Below are positions 1-9,400 of a stretch of 40,864 nucleotides of DNA, piece after piece (position 1 is the first letter of the stretch; every line of letters starts with the position of its first letter). The notes beneath the pieces are model-generated. The model was not told the origin of the DNA, searched no databases, and saw nothing but the letters and a program-made list of their open reading frames with translations. Source of the DNA: a virus. Taxonomy: Duplodnaviria > Caudoviricetes. The translations under genes were made by a program, and so were the position numbers. The stretch lies in IMG/VR virus record IMGVR_UViG_3300043409_000588, positions 1 through 40,864 of that record. One strand, 5' to 3'.

Positions 1-1
1 T

Positions 2-715
2 CTTCCTAAGCCTAATCTGGCTGAACTGTACATCGCTATTGGAAATGTACACGCTGAGACGAAGGACATAGTTGCTGATGACTTCAATCCGCATTTTAAG
101 AATAAATTTGCGAGCCTATCGGCTCATTTGTCTTATCTTAAGCCCCTGTTCCACAAGCACGGTCTTACGGTGATTCAACTGCCTACCTCTGAGTACCACG
201 ACAATGGTATTGGTATCAAGACCATCATCGCCCACAAGAATGGTACGAGCATCGAATCCTCGTGCGTTGTTCCTGTTGGCGAACAGGCTACTGGTCAACA
301 GGCTGGTGCAATCCTCACTTATCTTAGACGCTATTGTTTGGCTTCCATTGGAGGTCTGGCTACGGCTGATGATGACGCAGAAGTGGATAGAGTTATCAAG
401 ACCGCCTCTGCTCCTTTAAAGAAGTCAGCCCCAGATTTTAAACCAGCCACCTTTGTTGCCCCTCATACTGGTAGCGTTGGTATTGATTTTGAACTGACTG
501 TTCCGTTCGGCAATAACAAGGGTACTGCCCTATCCGCTCTGGCTGACAAGGATTTGGACTACTGGGCTAACAAGTGGGAGCCTAAGCCGTGGGAGAAGAC
601 TGGTAAGGTAGGTGCTAAGGACCAGTCCCTCAAGAAGTCTGCACAGGCTCTCTGGGCTTTGAAGCAGAACGGTGGAGACTCCGAACCCGAATCTACTGAC
701 GAGGTTCCGTTCTAA
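2..715 (+). CDS. erf: ERF-superfamily ssDNA-annealing recombinase (5'-truncated by window edge)
   Basis: The frame is open from position 2 (LPKPNLAELYIAIG...). It contains NPHFKNKFASL and QQAGAILTYLRRYCLASIGGLATADDD, matching ERF motifs, and ends in an SSB-like acidic tail DEVPF. Confidence 0.9.
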   Translation, partial: LPKPNLAELYIAIGNVHAETKDIVADDFNPHFKNKFASLSAHLSYLKPLFHKHGLTVIQLPTSEYHDNGIGIKTIIAHKNGTSIESSCVVPVGEQATGQQAGAILTYLRRYCLASIGGLATADDDAEVDRVIKTASAPLKKSAPDFKPATFVAPHTGSVGIDFELTVPFGNNKGTALSALADKDLDYWANKWEPKPWEKTGKVGAKDQSLKKSAQALWALKQNGGDSEPESTDEVPF

Positions 716-722
716 CCAATCT

Positions 723-794
723 GTCCCTGTAGTTCAATGGATAGAACATTCGCCTTCTAAGCGAATTATCTAGGTTCGATTCCTAGCAGGGACA
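723..794 (+). tRNA. tRNA-Arg(TCT)
   Basis: Full cloverleaf: acceptor GTCCCTG/CAGGGAC, D-arm GTTC/GAAC, anticodon arm TTCGC-CTTCTAA-GCGAA, T-arm CTAGG-TTCGATT-CCTAG. No encoded CCA. Confidence 0.95.
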
Positions 795-804
795 TTTTTC
801 ACCA

Positions 805-1218
805 ATGAAATACGCACTACTTCTCCTGTGTCTCAATGCACAGGCGATGGAAATCACGGATGGCTTTTTGGATAAATTAGCCATCATCGAATCTGACAAC
901 AGATGCACCTCTATTTCAGATAAAGGAAAGTCTCTTGGAGCCTATCAACTGCATCGCTCCGCTTGGGAAGACGCTTGTAAGCGTAATCTTGCCAATTGGG
1001 AGTACAACAAGTCAAACGCATTCAATTACCCAATTGCACGGCAGGTAGCCCAATGGCATTGCGAATGGATTGTGCAGACCCTTCAGAAGAACAATATCAA
1101 GCCTACTCCTATGCGTGTCTATATGTGCTACTGTATGGGCGTTAATGGAGCCTTGAAGCGTAAGGTTAATACCGACCTTGATTACCCTGCACTAAATCGT
1201 GCCAGAGGCATCCTATGA
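805..1218 (+). CDS. Lysozyme-like / lytic transglycosylase (SLT or i-type-like) protein with signal peptide
   Basis: Signal peptide MKYALLLLCLNAQA. Catalytic-type motif AIIES followed by LGAYQL, resembling SLT motifs I and II. Confidence 0.7.
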   Translation: MKYALLLLCLNAQAMEITDGFLDKLAIIESDNRCTSISDKGKSLGAYQLHRSAWEDACKRNLANWEYNKSNAFNYPIARQVAQWHCEWIVQTLQKNNIKPTPMRVYMCYCMGVNGALKRKVNTDLDYPALNRARGIL

Positions 1219-1382
1219 AAAAGAAACGCACTTGGAAACGCCCTGCTCACGGAGGCGGTCACCTAGAAAACAAAAAGCAAACTCCAGCAGAGTTCAGCAA
1301 GACCAAACAATACTTTGCGTCTGCTAAGGCTATGTGGGAAACCCTGTTTGCCAAGCCTCTCAATAAATATGAATCACAATAA
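1215..1382 (+). CDS. Small basic hypothetical protein (55 aa, MKKKRTWKRPAHGGG...)
   Basis: ATGA overlap with the upstream stop; fills the gap between genes. Below the ORF-track cutoff. Confidence 0.65.
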   Translation: MKKKRTWKRPAHGGGHLENKKQTPAEFSKTKQYFASAKAMWETLFAKPLNKYESQ

Positions 1383-1623
1383 CCAAAATGGTCTCAAAGC
1401 GTCTGCCCTCCTCCTTGGTCTTAGCGTTGAAGAACTTATCCAAATCCTCCACAATGCCAACTCCGTCAAAGAAATCCGTACAGCCAGCGGACAACCGTTT
1501 ATCCTTCCTGCTGTCTGGTGCGAAGAGAAGCGGAGCGAAGTTCATCTACTTGACAATCAAGGACGCAGAGAACCTTCTGCTATTCCTACGCTCAAAGAAA
1601 ATGGAGATGCCAAACACAAATGA
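1369..1623 (+). CDS. Hypothetical protein (84 aa from ATG 1369)
   Basis: ATG overlaps the end of the previous ORF. N-terminal half is helix-turn-helix-like (GLKASALLLGLSVEELIQIL). Stop forms an ATGA overlap with the next gene. Confidence 0.5.
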   Translation: MNHNNQNGLKASALLLGLSVEELIQILHNANSVKEIRTASGQPFILPAVWCEEKRSEVHLLDNQGRREPSAIPTLKENGDAKHK

Positions 1624-1627
1624 GTAA
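1454..1627 (+). CDS. Hypothetical protein (57 aa, MPTPSKKSVQPADNRL...), overlapping frame
   Basis: ATG in an A/C-rich context; amphipathic, protein-like sequence; stop overlaps the phosphoesterase start (ATGAGTAA). Confidence 0.5.
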   Translation: MPTPSKKSVQPADNRLSFLLSGAKRSGAKFIYLTIKDAENLLLFLRSKKMEMPNTNE

Positions 1628-2360
1628 GTACATCAAATTTGTGGCATTTGGGGATAACCACGGAGATATGGTGGACGAGGATGCCTCATCTGCCCTGTTC
1701 AAATTTATTAAATCCTATGCTCCAGAAGAGCGTATACACCTAGGAGATTGTTTCGATTTTCGCAGTATTAGGTCTGGTCGCAGTATGAAAGAGGAAGGTG
1801 AGTCCCTTGAGGATGACCTTCAATGGGGAAAGCATTTCATCCAGCATACCAGCCCTACTGTATTTCATTATGGAAACCACGAAGACCGACTCGACCAAAT
1901 CATTCACTCATCGCACAACGCAATGGCTAAAGACTATTGTGAAGAAATGGATGCCTCTATTCGAACTACCCTTAAAGTGGGTGGGTGTAAGAAAATCTAC
2001 CCCTATCACGCTGAAGAGGGTGTCCACACCTTGGGAAAGGTACGAACAGTACACGGATACACTTGCGGGGTCAAAGCAGTTGAAGAACACGCAATCCATT
2101 ACGGACTGGAAACAGGAGCAGTCCTTATGGGACACATCCATAGCATCCAACAAACCAATGCACGAAGATATCGTGGTACTGTTGGTTTTTCGGGAGGGTG
2201 CTTATGCAAAAAGCGTGAGATGCTCTATGCGAAGAACCGATTGGCTACTTCTAAGTGGGGTACTGGCTGGCTGTACGGATTCGTACAGGGTAACGACTGG
2301 AAAGTTTGGCAAGCCCACCGAGTCGGAAAACAATTCATCTTCAGCCACGAAAGAGAATGA
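1620..2360 (+). CDS. Calcineurin-like metallophosphoesterase
   Basis: All five motifs in order: GDNHG, GDCFD, GNHE, HG, GHIH. Confidence 0.92.
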   Translation: MSKYIKFVAFGDNHGDMVDEDASSALFKFIKSYAPEERIHLGDCFDFRSIRSGRSMKEEGESLEDDLQWGKHFIQHTSPTVFHYGNHEDRLDQIIHSSHNAMAKDYCEEMDASIRTTLKVGGCKKIYPYHAEEGVHTLGKVRTVHGYTCGVKAVEEHAIHYGLETGAVLMGHIHSIQQTNARRYRGTVGFSGGCLCKKREMLYAKNRLATSKWGTGWLYGFVQGNDWKVWQAHRVGKQFIFSHERE

Positions 2361-2650
2361 AGATAACTACCAGTCAGTTTTTGAACGAAATCAACAACAG
2401 GGGGCAATACAGAAAGGTGACAGCAGAACCTATTCCGAAGGGGTACTTATCATCCGTAAATTTAGCGAAGAAGTATTCTATTCCTCTAAGAAACTTGCAG
2501 ATGAAATTAGTCGTAGAACTAAGAAACGGAAATGTGCTGTTCGTTCAAAAAAGAGTAAAAACTAGTCCTATTTCCATCCGTAAGATTTACCTCTACAAAT
2601 TCAAAGATGCCAAAACCGAGAAGGCTTTCAAAAGCGGAATTAAAGGATAA
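2357..2650 (+). CDS. Basic putative winged-helix DNA-binding protein (97 aa)
   Basis: ATGA-coupled start at 2357. IPKGYLSSVNLAKKYSIPLRNLQMKL helix pattern followed by a beta-wing-like segment. Confidence 0.65.
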   Translation: MKITTSQFLNEINNRGQYRKVTAEPIPKGYLSSVNLAKKYSIPLRNLQMKLVVELRNGNVLFVQKRVKTSPISIRKIYLYKFKDAKTEKAFKSGIKG

Positions 2651-2912
2651 CGACAGGGACTATCCTGTGGGCATCTTCCTTGAACCTAGGGAATGGCTAG
2701 ACCAAGCCATCCTAGGGCTGGATGCCCTTACAGGAGGCGTTCTGTATGACTATGAGACCATCGTTGAGTGCTTCATCGTCAAAGACGGTCTGAGCCGAAG
2801 CCAAGCCTGTATGATTGTGGACTACAACATTGACAAGGGTATGGGTATGCTACCAGAGCCAAAGCCTGTCATCCACCGAGCAGAGGCTGTTGAAGAAGAT
2901 GAGTACGATTAG
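2607..2912 (+). CDS. Acidic conserved-type phage hypothetical protein
   Basis: LDQAILG...VLYDYETIVECF..DGLSRSQA...DYNI pattern is typical of a widespread small phage family. Last + strand gene before the convergence point. Confidence 0.7.
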   Translation: MPKPRRLSKAELKDNDRDYPVGIFLEPREWLDQAILGLDALTGGVLYDYETIVECFIVKDGLSRSQACMIVDYNIDKGMGMLPEPKPVIHRAEAVEEDEYD

Positions 2913-2915
2913 GCA

Positions 2916-2943
2916 CTAGCCACCTTTCGTGCGAAGGTGGTAG
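2916..2943. terminator. Hairpin at the convergence of the two transcription units
   Basis: CCACCTT-tcgtgcg-AAGGTGG stem-loop just after the TAG at 2912. No strong U-tract. Confidence 0.4.
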
Positions 2944-3050
2944 CACCGTTTCTCTATAAGTCCCAAATGGAACGCAACGCCAACAACAGCAAACAAACCA
3001 CCGCACGAACTTATTTGAGCAAGCCAAGTTTGCTCCAATAGGTTGGTCTG

Positions 3051-3674
3051 TCAAGATAGGAACCACCAGACCGCTCCGATGCCACAAGAGGACAGAGCGA
3101 CAATCGTAAGACCAGAAATCTTCCACGAACTAAATGCAGTTACCAGAATTCCGAATATCAATAACCCTAAACAAGCCGAACTCGCTTGGTACACTACTCT
3201 GGTCTTGGTTTCTTCTTTCGCTTTTAGTTCTGCTTGCAGTTTTAACGCATTGGCTTCGGATAGTTTCTTGTTTTGTGCCTCTACTTTTGCCCACAGTTCC
3301 GTTGTTTCTGCATCTACCTTGACGGCTTCAGCACGGTCTTTGACCACAGCCTTCTCGTCCTTCTCCTTAATGATACGCTGAAACTCAGCAACCTTAACAA
3401 CTGACGGCTTGCTCAACCCGCTCAGTCTTTGGATTTGCCCTTCAATAATTTCTCTAGGGATTCCAGCAGGGAGGGCAGGAGCGACAGCAATGAGAGCAGA
3501 AGCAGACTCAGAGACGATTTCTTCGACCTTTTGGATGTACGAGTCTTTTTCATTATTGTTAGAAATTATGACAGGAGGGGTAGGTGCTACAGTTGAACAC
3601 CCTGTTAAACTGTAGGTTACAAAGAGGCATAGAAACACCCCCATTTGTAAACTTTTGAGCCATTTAGTTTGCAT
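3051..3674 (-). CDS. Lipoprotein with C-terminal transmembrane helices; candidate unimolecular spanin
   Basis: Signal plus lipobox LTG-C26, Pro-rich linker, helical/coiled-coil middle, two hydrophobic C-terminal segments. Last late gene, two genes downstream of the holin. Confidence 0.65.
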   Translation of the reverse strand: MQTKWLKSLQMGVFLCLFVTYSLTGCSTVAPTPPVIISNNNEKDSYIQKVEEIVSESASALIAVAPALPAGIPREIIEGQIQRLSGLSKPSVVKVAEFQRIIKEKDEKAVVKDRAEAVKVDAETTELWAKVEAQNKKLSEANALKLQAELKAKEETKTRVVYQASSACLGLLIFGILVTAFSSWKISGLTIVALSSCGIGAVWWFLS

Positions 3675-3676
3675 AA

Positions 3677-6130
3677 CTATTTTGCGAGTAATGTGCTTTG
3701 CAGGTTAGGAACCCAGTTAGGAACACGCTGACCGTTGTCTGAATAGTATCCTCTCTGTACAGGCTCCATTGGCTCTCTCCATTCGGGGTGTAAATATTCA
3801 TCAGAAATTCCCATAGTGCCAATTGCTAGTGCGTTCTCCATACCAGCCTGTGCTCTCATTCCAAGGTTTTGTACTAAGTTTGGATACCCTCTGTTGTTAG
3901 TAGCCCAGTCAGCAAATATTCTGTCTCTTCTTTCAACAGCAGATGAAGGAGCAGTTACAATACCTGCTACGGCTCCAGCCTTTCCTAAAAACTTAATAGC
4001 ACTTGCTCCCATTTCAGCGTTAACCATTGCTCTCGTTGCTGGATTCCTCGTGTAGTTCGTAGCAAAGTTTCTAGCGTGTTCTGGATTGCTGAATCCTTTT
4101 TGCATAATTTCAAGTACCTCATCTTTTTCCATAACACCTTTAGCAACATTAGCAAAAGATTGAGCGTGGCGTTGAAGTGGCTTTGTAAGCAAATTCATAT
4201 CCACAAAACCTTTTCTTCCATACGAAGGATTACCTCTTGTTGATTCATTAACTACATTTTGAAGTCCGTAAAAAGAATTAGGGTCTTTAATTCCTCCCAT
4301 ATTGTGCCATAAGCCTTGTACGCTACTTCCAGCAGAAATCATTCCTTGTAAATCCTTAACAGGTTCTCCTGCAAGAAGTCTTGCCCTCATTTCAGCAGGC
4401 ATATCAACTCCTTTAAGCGTAGGATAAACTTCGTCTAAAAATCTTTTTGCAGAATCAACAATAGCAGTTGGTGATGGAGGTTTAACTGGAATAGGCTGTG
4501 TTCCATCTGGAAGAGTTTCATTGTTAAACTCGTGAATTAACTCAATTCCATCTGGATGGTCTGGGTTAATTCTAAAGACCGCCATAGGTCTTGTGTTTGC
4601 ATTAATGCTATTTGCAGCAAATCCCCATCTTCTAGGAAGACCATCTTCACCTAATGGAACTCCTTCATTTATATCTTCATCTATGCTTAGACCAGAATCC
4701 CAAGTCTTGCCATTACTTGCTACAACTTCTGACCTAGGAACCCTTTCCGTATGCATAGCACCTTGTGTTCCGTGAGTAAGGAAATTAGTTTGAAGTAACG
4801 GAAATGGATTTCCATTGTTCCAGACAACATCATTAGTCAGAGACCTGTTTAAGAATTTTTGGATATTTTCTGCTCCAACCCAACTAGGAGAATTGTCATC
4901 TAAAGCACCAAGCCTCACTAAATCTGGAGTTATAGTTGGATGTACATAATCATAATAACTGTCCAACATAGGCTTTGTTGAAAAGTTAGGATTTTCTCCA
5001 GAAGAATTAAATAAATCTGAATTTGGATGCTGAGTCGTAGGATTATTAAAACTAACTGTGCTTACATCTTTGTTCCAACCTCCAGATTGCAAAAAAGGAT
5101 TTCTTGTTGCGTCTGGACCATTTATTAACTTGTAGGCTTCATCGCTGATGTCTGTTTTATGCAAAGACTGTAATTGCTTTAAGTAATTACCAAATGCGTA
5201 AATGTTTTCTTGTCCCCAAAGTCCAGAAACACTTGGTTTTAAAAAACTTAAAGATTTCCCAAGGTTTGTTGAGTCAATTGAATATGTGCTTACTCCTTGT
5301 TCCGCTGGAAGTTCAATTGCTCCAGCATAACGCTTAGGTTTATGAGCACCACCTGCCGATAGTTGATACGCTCTAGGATTTCCATTTGCATTTACACCAG
5401 AATGTTTTCCTTCAAGTATATCCTGCCAAGCAGACATCGGATGTGAGTCATTAATTCTTTTTGAATCTCTAAGTTTTCTTACATCATTCATACTTGAAGA
5501 AATTCTATCAATAATTCCTTCGTGTTTTCTTAAAAGATAATCAATATTTTCATCTGTATGGCTTTCTACAAGCAAACCAGTTTTCTTTTCATCAAGAATG
5601 GCTTTATCCCTAAGGTCTCTTATTGATTTTCTAAGAGCATCAATTTGTTTGTGCTCTTCTTTTGTAAATGCTGTTGTTAATTCAAACTGTTTTAAATCAA
5701 GTTGTTCAACATCGTGAGGAGTTAACTTAACATCAGAATCTCTGTTTCCCCAGTCTTCTCCAAGTGTTGCAAAAAGATAAGCATTTTGACCTTTTTCCAA
5801 AGCATTTTCTCCATAAGACCAAAGAGGAGCACCTTGAGACATAAAAAGTTTTGCGTGACTTCCGTCATTGTCTTGCCAAGTTCCTCTTACAATTCCAGTT
5901 TTAAGAAAATCTTCATATGCATTAGGTCCAGCAGTTCGATACTGAACTCTTGGGTCTAATTGCAGATTTGGAGATTTATATGTAAGTTCCTTTCTGTCCC
6001 ATTTTCTTCCACTCTGATTTTCTTGGTTCCAGAAAAGACGCTGTCTTCCTGTATATTTGTCTCTTAAGAGTTCTGTATCAATAGAACCTTCTCCAGAAAT
6101 GGGTAATTCGTCTGGTGGTAGATTAGCCAT
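3677..6130 (-). CDS. 817-aa orphan protein, possible ADP-ribosyltransferase-like effector
   Basis: Long ORF tightly packed between holin and spanin candidate; visibly AT-richer. YRTAG..AYEDFLKTGIVR..LFMSQG motif. Function is inferred. Confidence 0.6.
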   Translation of the reverse strand: MANLPPDELPISGEGSIDTELLRDKYTGRQRLFWNQENQSGRKWDRKELTYKSPNLQLDPRVQYRTAGPNAYEDFLKTGIVRGTWQDNDGSHAKLFMSQGAPLWSYGENALEKGQNAYLFATLGEDWGNRDSDVKLTPHDVEQLDLKQFELTTAFTKEEHKQIDALRKSIRDLRDKAILDEKKTGLLVESHTDENIDYLLRKHEGIIDRISSSMNDVRKLRDSKRINDSHPMSAWQDILEGKHSGVNANGNPRAYQLSAGGAHKPKRYAGAIELPAEQGVSTYSIDSTNLGKSLSFLKPSVSGLWGQENIYAFGNYLKQLQSLHKTDISDEAYKLINGPDATRNPFLQSGGWNKDVSTVSFNNPTTQHPNSDLFNSSGENPNFSTKPMLDSYYDYVHPTITPDLVRLGALDDNSPSWVGAENIQKFLNRSLTNDVVWNNGNPFPLLQTNFLTHGTQGAMHTERVPRSEVVASNGKTWDSGLSIDEDINEGVPLGEDGLPRRWGFAANSINANTRPMAVFRINPDHPDGIELIHEFNNETLPDGTQPIPVKPPSPTAIVDSAKRFLDEVYPTLKGVDMPAEMRARLLAGEPVKDLQGMISAGSSVQGLWHNMGGIKDPNSFYGLQNVVNESTRGNPSYGRKGFVDMNLLTKPLQRHAQSFANVAKGVMEKDEVLEIMQKGFSNPEHARNFATNYTRNPATRAMVNAEMGASAIKFLGKAGAVAGIVTAPSSAVERRDRIFADWATNNRGYPNLVQNLGMRAQAGMENALAIGTMGISDEYLHPEWREPMEPVQRGYYSDNGQRVPNWVPNLQSTLLAK

Positions 6131-6132
6131 AA

Positions 6133-6435
6133 TTATTTCGCTTTTTGTATAAATTTTCTCCGCACATACTCAAATAGTTCGGGTGCAATAGAACCAGAAA
6201 TAGAGCACAATACAGACTTGTACATCGGGTCAATGGATACCCCATATAGGGCAAAGTAACTGATTACCCCCACAATGCCACCTGCAATGACTTTTCTTGT
6301 CCAAATGGCTACCTTGTACTCCTCGTTGGTCAAAATGAGCCTAGCAAGCATCCCAAGCCCTCCAAGGACAGCCATAATCCAGCCACCCTTCTTGAAGTCC
6401 TCAATGACAGCCTCAATTGATTGATTATCGGACAT
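6133..6435 (-). CDS. Holin (LydA-like/superfamily III type)
   Basis: 100 aa with three hydrophobic segments (AVLGGLGMLARLIL, VIAGGIVGVISYFAL, SVLCSISGSIA) and a basic C-terminus RRKFIQKAK. Confidence 0.8.
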   Translation of the reverse strand: MSDNQSIEAVIEDFKKGGWIMAVLGGLGMLARLILTNEEYKVAIWTRKVIAGGIVGVISYFALYGVSIDPMYKSVLCSISGSIAPELFEYVRRKFIQKAK

Positions 6436-9400
6436 ACTTTAGTCCTTTCTCGGCAAACTCTTTTGCGAAAATTTCATCCACAGCCTCTTGCTCGTGGTGG
6501 AATTGACCAATGAACAATGAGGACTGATTGAACAACTTGAACTGTTGGGTTCCGTTAACCTTTGTTCGAATAATCTGGTAGTTCAGTTTGTTACGGATGA
6601 CTTCCCATTGCTGGAAGTTCTGACCTTCAACCTGCACATTAGAGATGGCTTCAAAGGAAGTAATGTCTGCAAGTTTCTGCTCGTGAACTGTTGGTGTTTC
6701 TAGTGCAGGGTTACTGGCAGTCGGAGCCGTGTGCTCTGTGTTGGCAGGGGCAGGGCTGGTCTGAGTTCTATCCTTAGATGTCCAAGTCTTGTGACCATCT
6801 GCTGTGTATGACAGGTCAAAGTACTTCTTAAGGGTTCCTTCAACACTAGGAGTAATGATTCTTGTCTTTAGAACAACTTGACCGTTGCCGTTGACGGCAA
6901 AGTACTGAAGTTCACCAAAGTCCTGCAACGGTGACAGCACTTTCTTCATAGTACTGGAGTGTTCTGGCTTACCACCGTGTGCTTCATACGCTCTAATGAC
7001 AGCACTAGAAAACGCTGGTACTTCAGCAAGCGACCCAAGGATATGACCAGCCTTTGTAGAACTGAACGGAATCAATGTGTTGAATACCTTTGTCGGGGAA
7101 TAGTTATCATTACCACCCTTAACAAGGCTCTGTAGTGTACGAAGTCTGACAACATCGTCTTCAATAAACCTAGCCATCACCTGTGCCTGTGTGGTGTCGC
7201 TGAATGTACCAAGTTCAGAAGTGGGAATCTCGTAAATCTTTACGCCATCAGCACCAAGGAATGTCTCACCGATGTAGTAGAGTTGATATCTGAAATCCTT
7301 TCCGTAAGGCTGTCTCTTAATGATGTATCTTCCATCATTGGAAGTACGCATAGAGTCAGCACGAGTCATTACATCTCCATCTTTCCACACAAGATTAGAG
7401 AAGTGAACACCATCATCCTTAAGGGAAAGCAAATGGTCCAAAGCCCAAGGTCTTTTTGAAATAAAATTAGTTACCTCACCCTTATACATAGCAATTGAAG
7501 CCTCAACAGCACCAACCTTCTTGAGGAGAGACTCAATACGCTCGTGCTCAAGTCTAATGCTGTCAGCATCATTGCCTGTGTACTGGATGTCCTTCTGCTG
7601 GTCGGGGAACCATTGCGGGTTGCCTCTGCGTTCAGCCTCAAGTAGACCTTGATGTCTAAGGACACCAGCATCGTTTTCTAGGGCAAGTTTCTGCACAACA
7701 GTAGCGTCAAGGTTAACTCTTTCTTGAATCGGAAGAGCCTCGTACAGCGTCTTGGAGTACGGCTTAGTATCAAACATACTAGAAATCTTTCTTCTGTCCA
7801 TAGACTCCTGCAACTGAGCAAGGAATCCATCCATCTCAATGATGCTCTGGATAGAAAGTTTTTCCGTAAGGAAGGGCTTTGTAGAATTCTTATTCTTAGG
7901 GTCTTGCTTCTCGTAGGTTGCAGTATTCTCAGTTAGGTAAATGAATCCACCAACATCCTTTGCATCCTGTAGCCAGTAGTAAGCCTGTTCAATATACTCC
8001 TTCTTAAAGGTCATCTGGTCTACCTGCTCTGGAGTCATATCCTTTGTGCGGTCAAGGAACTCAGCATCACTAAGACCTTCAAGTCTCTTAAAGGCATTGA
8101 TTCTATCCTGTCTTCTTCCAATCACTAGGTCTAGACCATCCTCAACAAACCTAGTAACAAGTGCCTTTGCGTTAGAAGGGACATCAAGGTTATCAAGAAT
8201 GCCAGATTTGATTCTCTTAATCTCTCTCCAATGGCTATCGATAATAGTATCAGCCTTGTTCTTCGGAATGACATACACATCTGGAGGAACAAGCGTTCTG
8301 ATAAGCATAGCATCTTCAGCAGAGATAGGCATATCTGGGTTAGCGATATGGTATTCAGCCTTCTTCTGGGCAAAGAACATATAGTCAGCCAGCGTGTATA
8401 TCTTTCTTCCTCCCTGTACTTCCTTGTTGTACAGGACATAGGCTGGGTCGTTTGAACTACCAAAACTAATCGTCTTCTCTCCTCTAGCAGTAGTTCCAAT
8501 CTGCCACTCGCTACCACTCCAATCAAGCGGGTGCATAGAACCATACAGGTCGTAGGAAATCTTCGGGAATGCCAGATAGATTTGATGCGTTCTAGGGTTG
8601 TTCGGGCTTACGATAAGACTGGAAGAACTGTATCCAAGTTGCTTGGCTCTAGCGTCAAAGGTAGCGAGATGCTTTGCATAGTCTGTAGCGTGAGACTCAG
8701 CCAACTGCTTTCTTTCATTAAGGGTTCTCTCTCTTTGCAGAAGATATGCATCAATGTTCTGCCTCTTCTTGTTTACCATATCGATAACCATTTGGTATGC
8801 GGGGTTATTGAACTTAGCAATTTGGACAGGAGAGATGTCTGTCTCTACGCTTCCCTTCGGATACTTCCATTCACCTGCTTCAACTCCTGTATCCTTGATA
8901 GCCTTTCTAAGCGGGATAGCCTTAGCCTCTTCAGCGTGGATTTCCTTTTGAATCTCAGCCATCTCTTGCTTGGCAGTTTTAATCTCTTCGTATTGAGCAC
9001 GAGTAGGTCTCTTTGCATTCTGTGCAAGGGCAGTCGCTCTTTCAATCTGTGCTCTGCTACCAGCGGGACCACCTTCTGGAACAGGAACTGCTGGAGGATT
9101 GAGTTTTTGAATTAAAAGATTTCTGGCATCAAACTCTGCACGAAGACTAGTAATGTTTTCTTCAATTCTCCTTAGCGGTTCACTCATTCTAGCAACTGCA
9201 TCCTGCTTTTCCTTTACAGCGGTGATGTCAATTGTCTGCTGAATGCGAACCTCAAGCGGTTTGATTTCAGAATTGAGTTTATAAATTCTCTCTTCGTATG
9301 CAGTTTGTTTAGCCTTAAGGTTAGGAATCTCTCCATCCTTATCTCCAGTAATCGACAACTGATGCTGTTGGAATTCCAACTCATCAACGATTCTGTAAAG

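Noticed and set aside
1798-2565. 255-aa alternative-frame ORF over the phosphoesterase
   Set aside because: It overlaps two well-supported genes and has no recognisable motif; treated as a shadow ORF.
2980-3010. CCGCACGAAC and CCAACAACA shared with the leader of the 36526 gene (possible antisense control)
   Set aside because: Short, low-complexity matches in a different order; likely to arise by chance.
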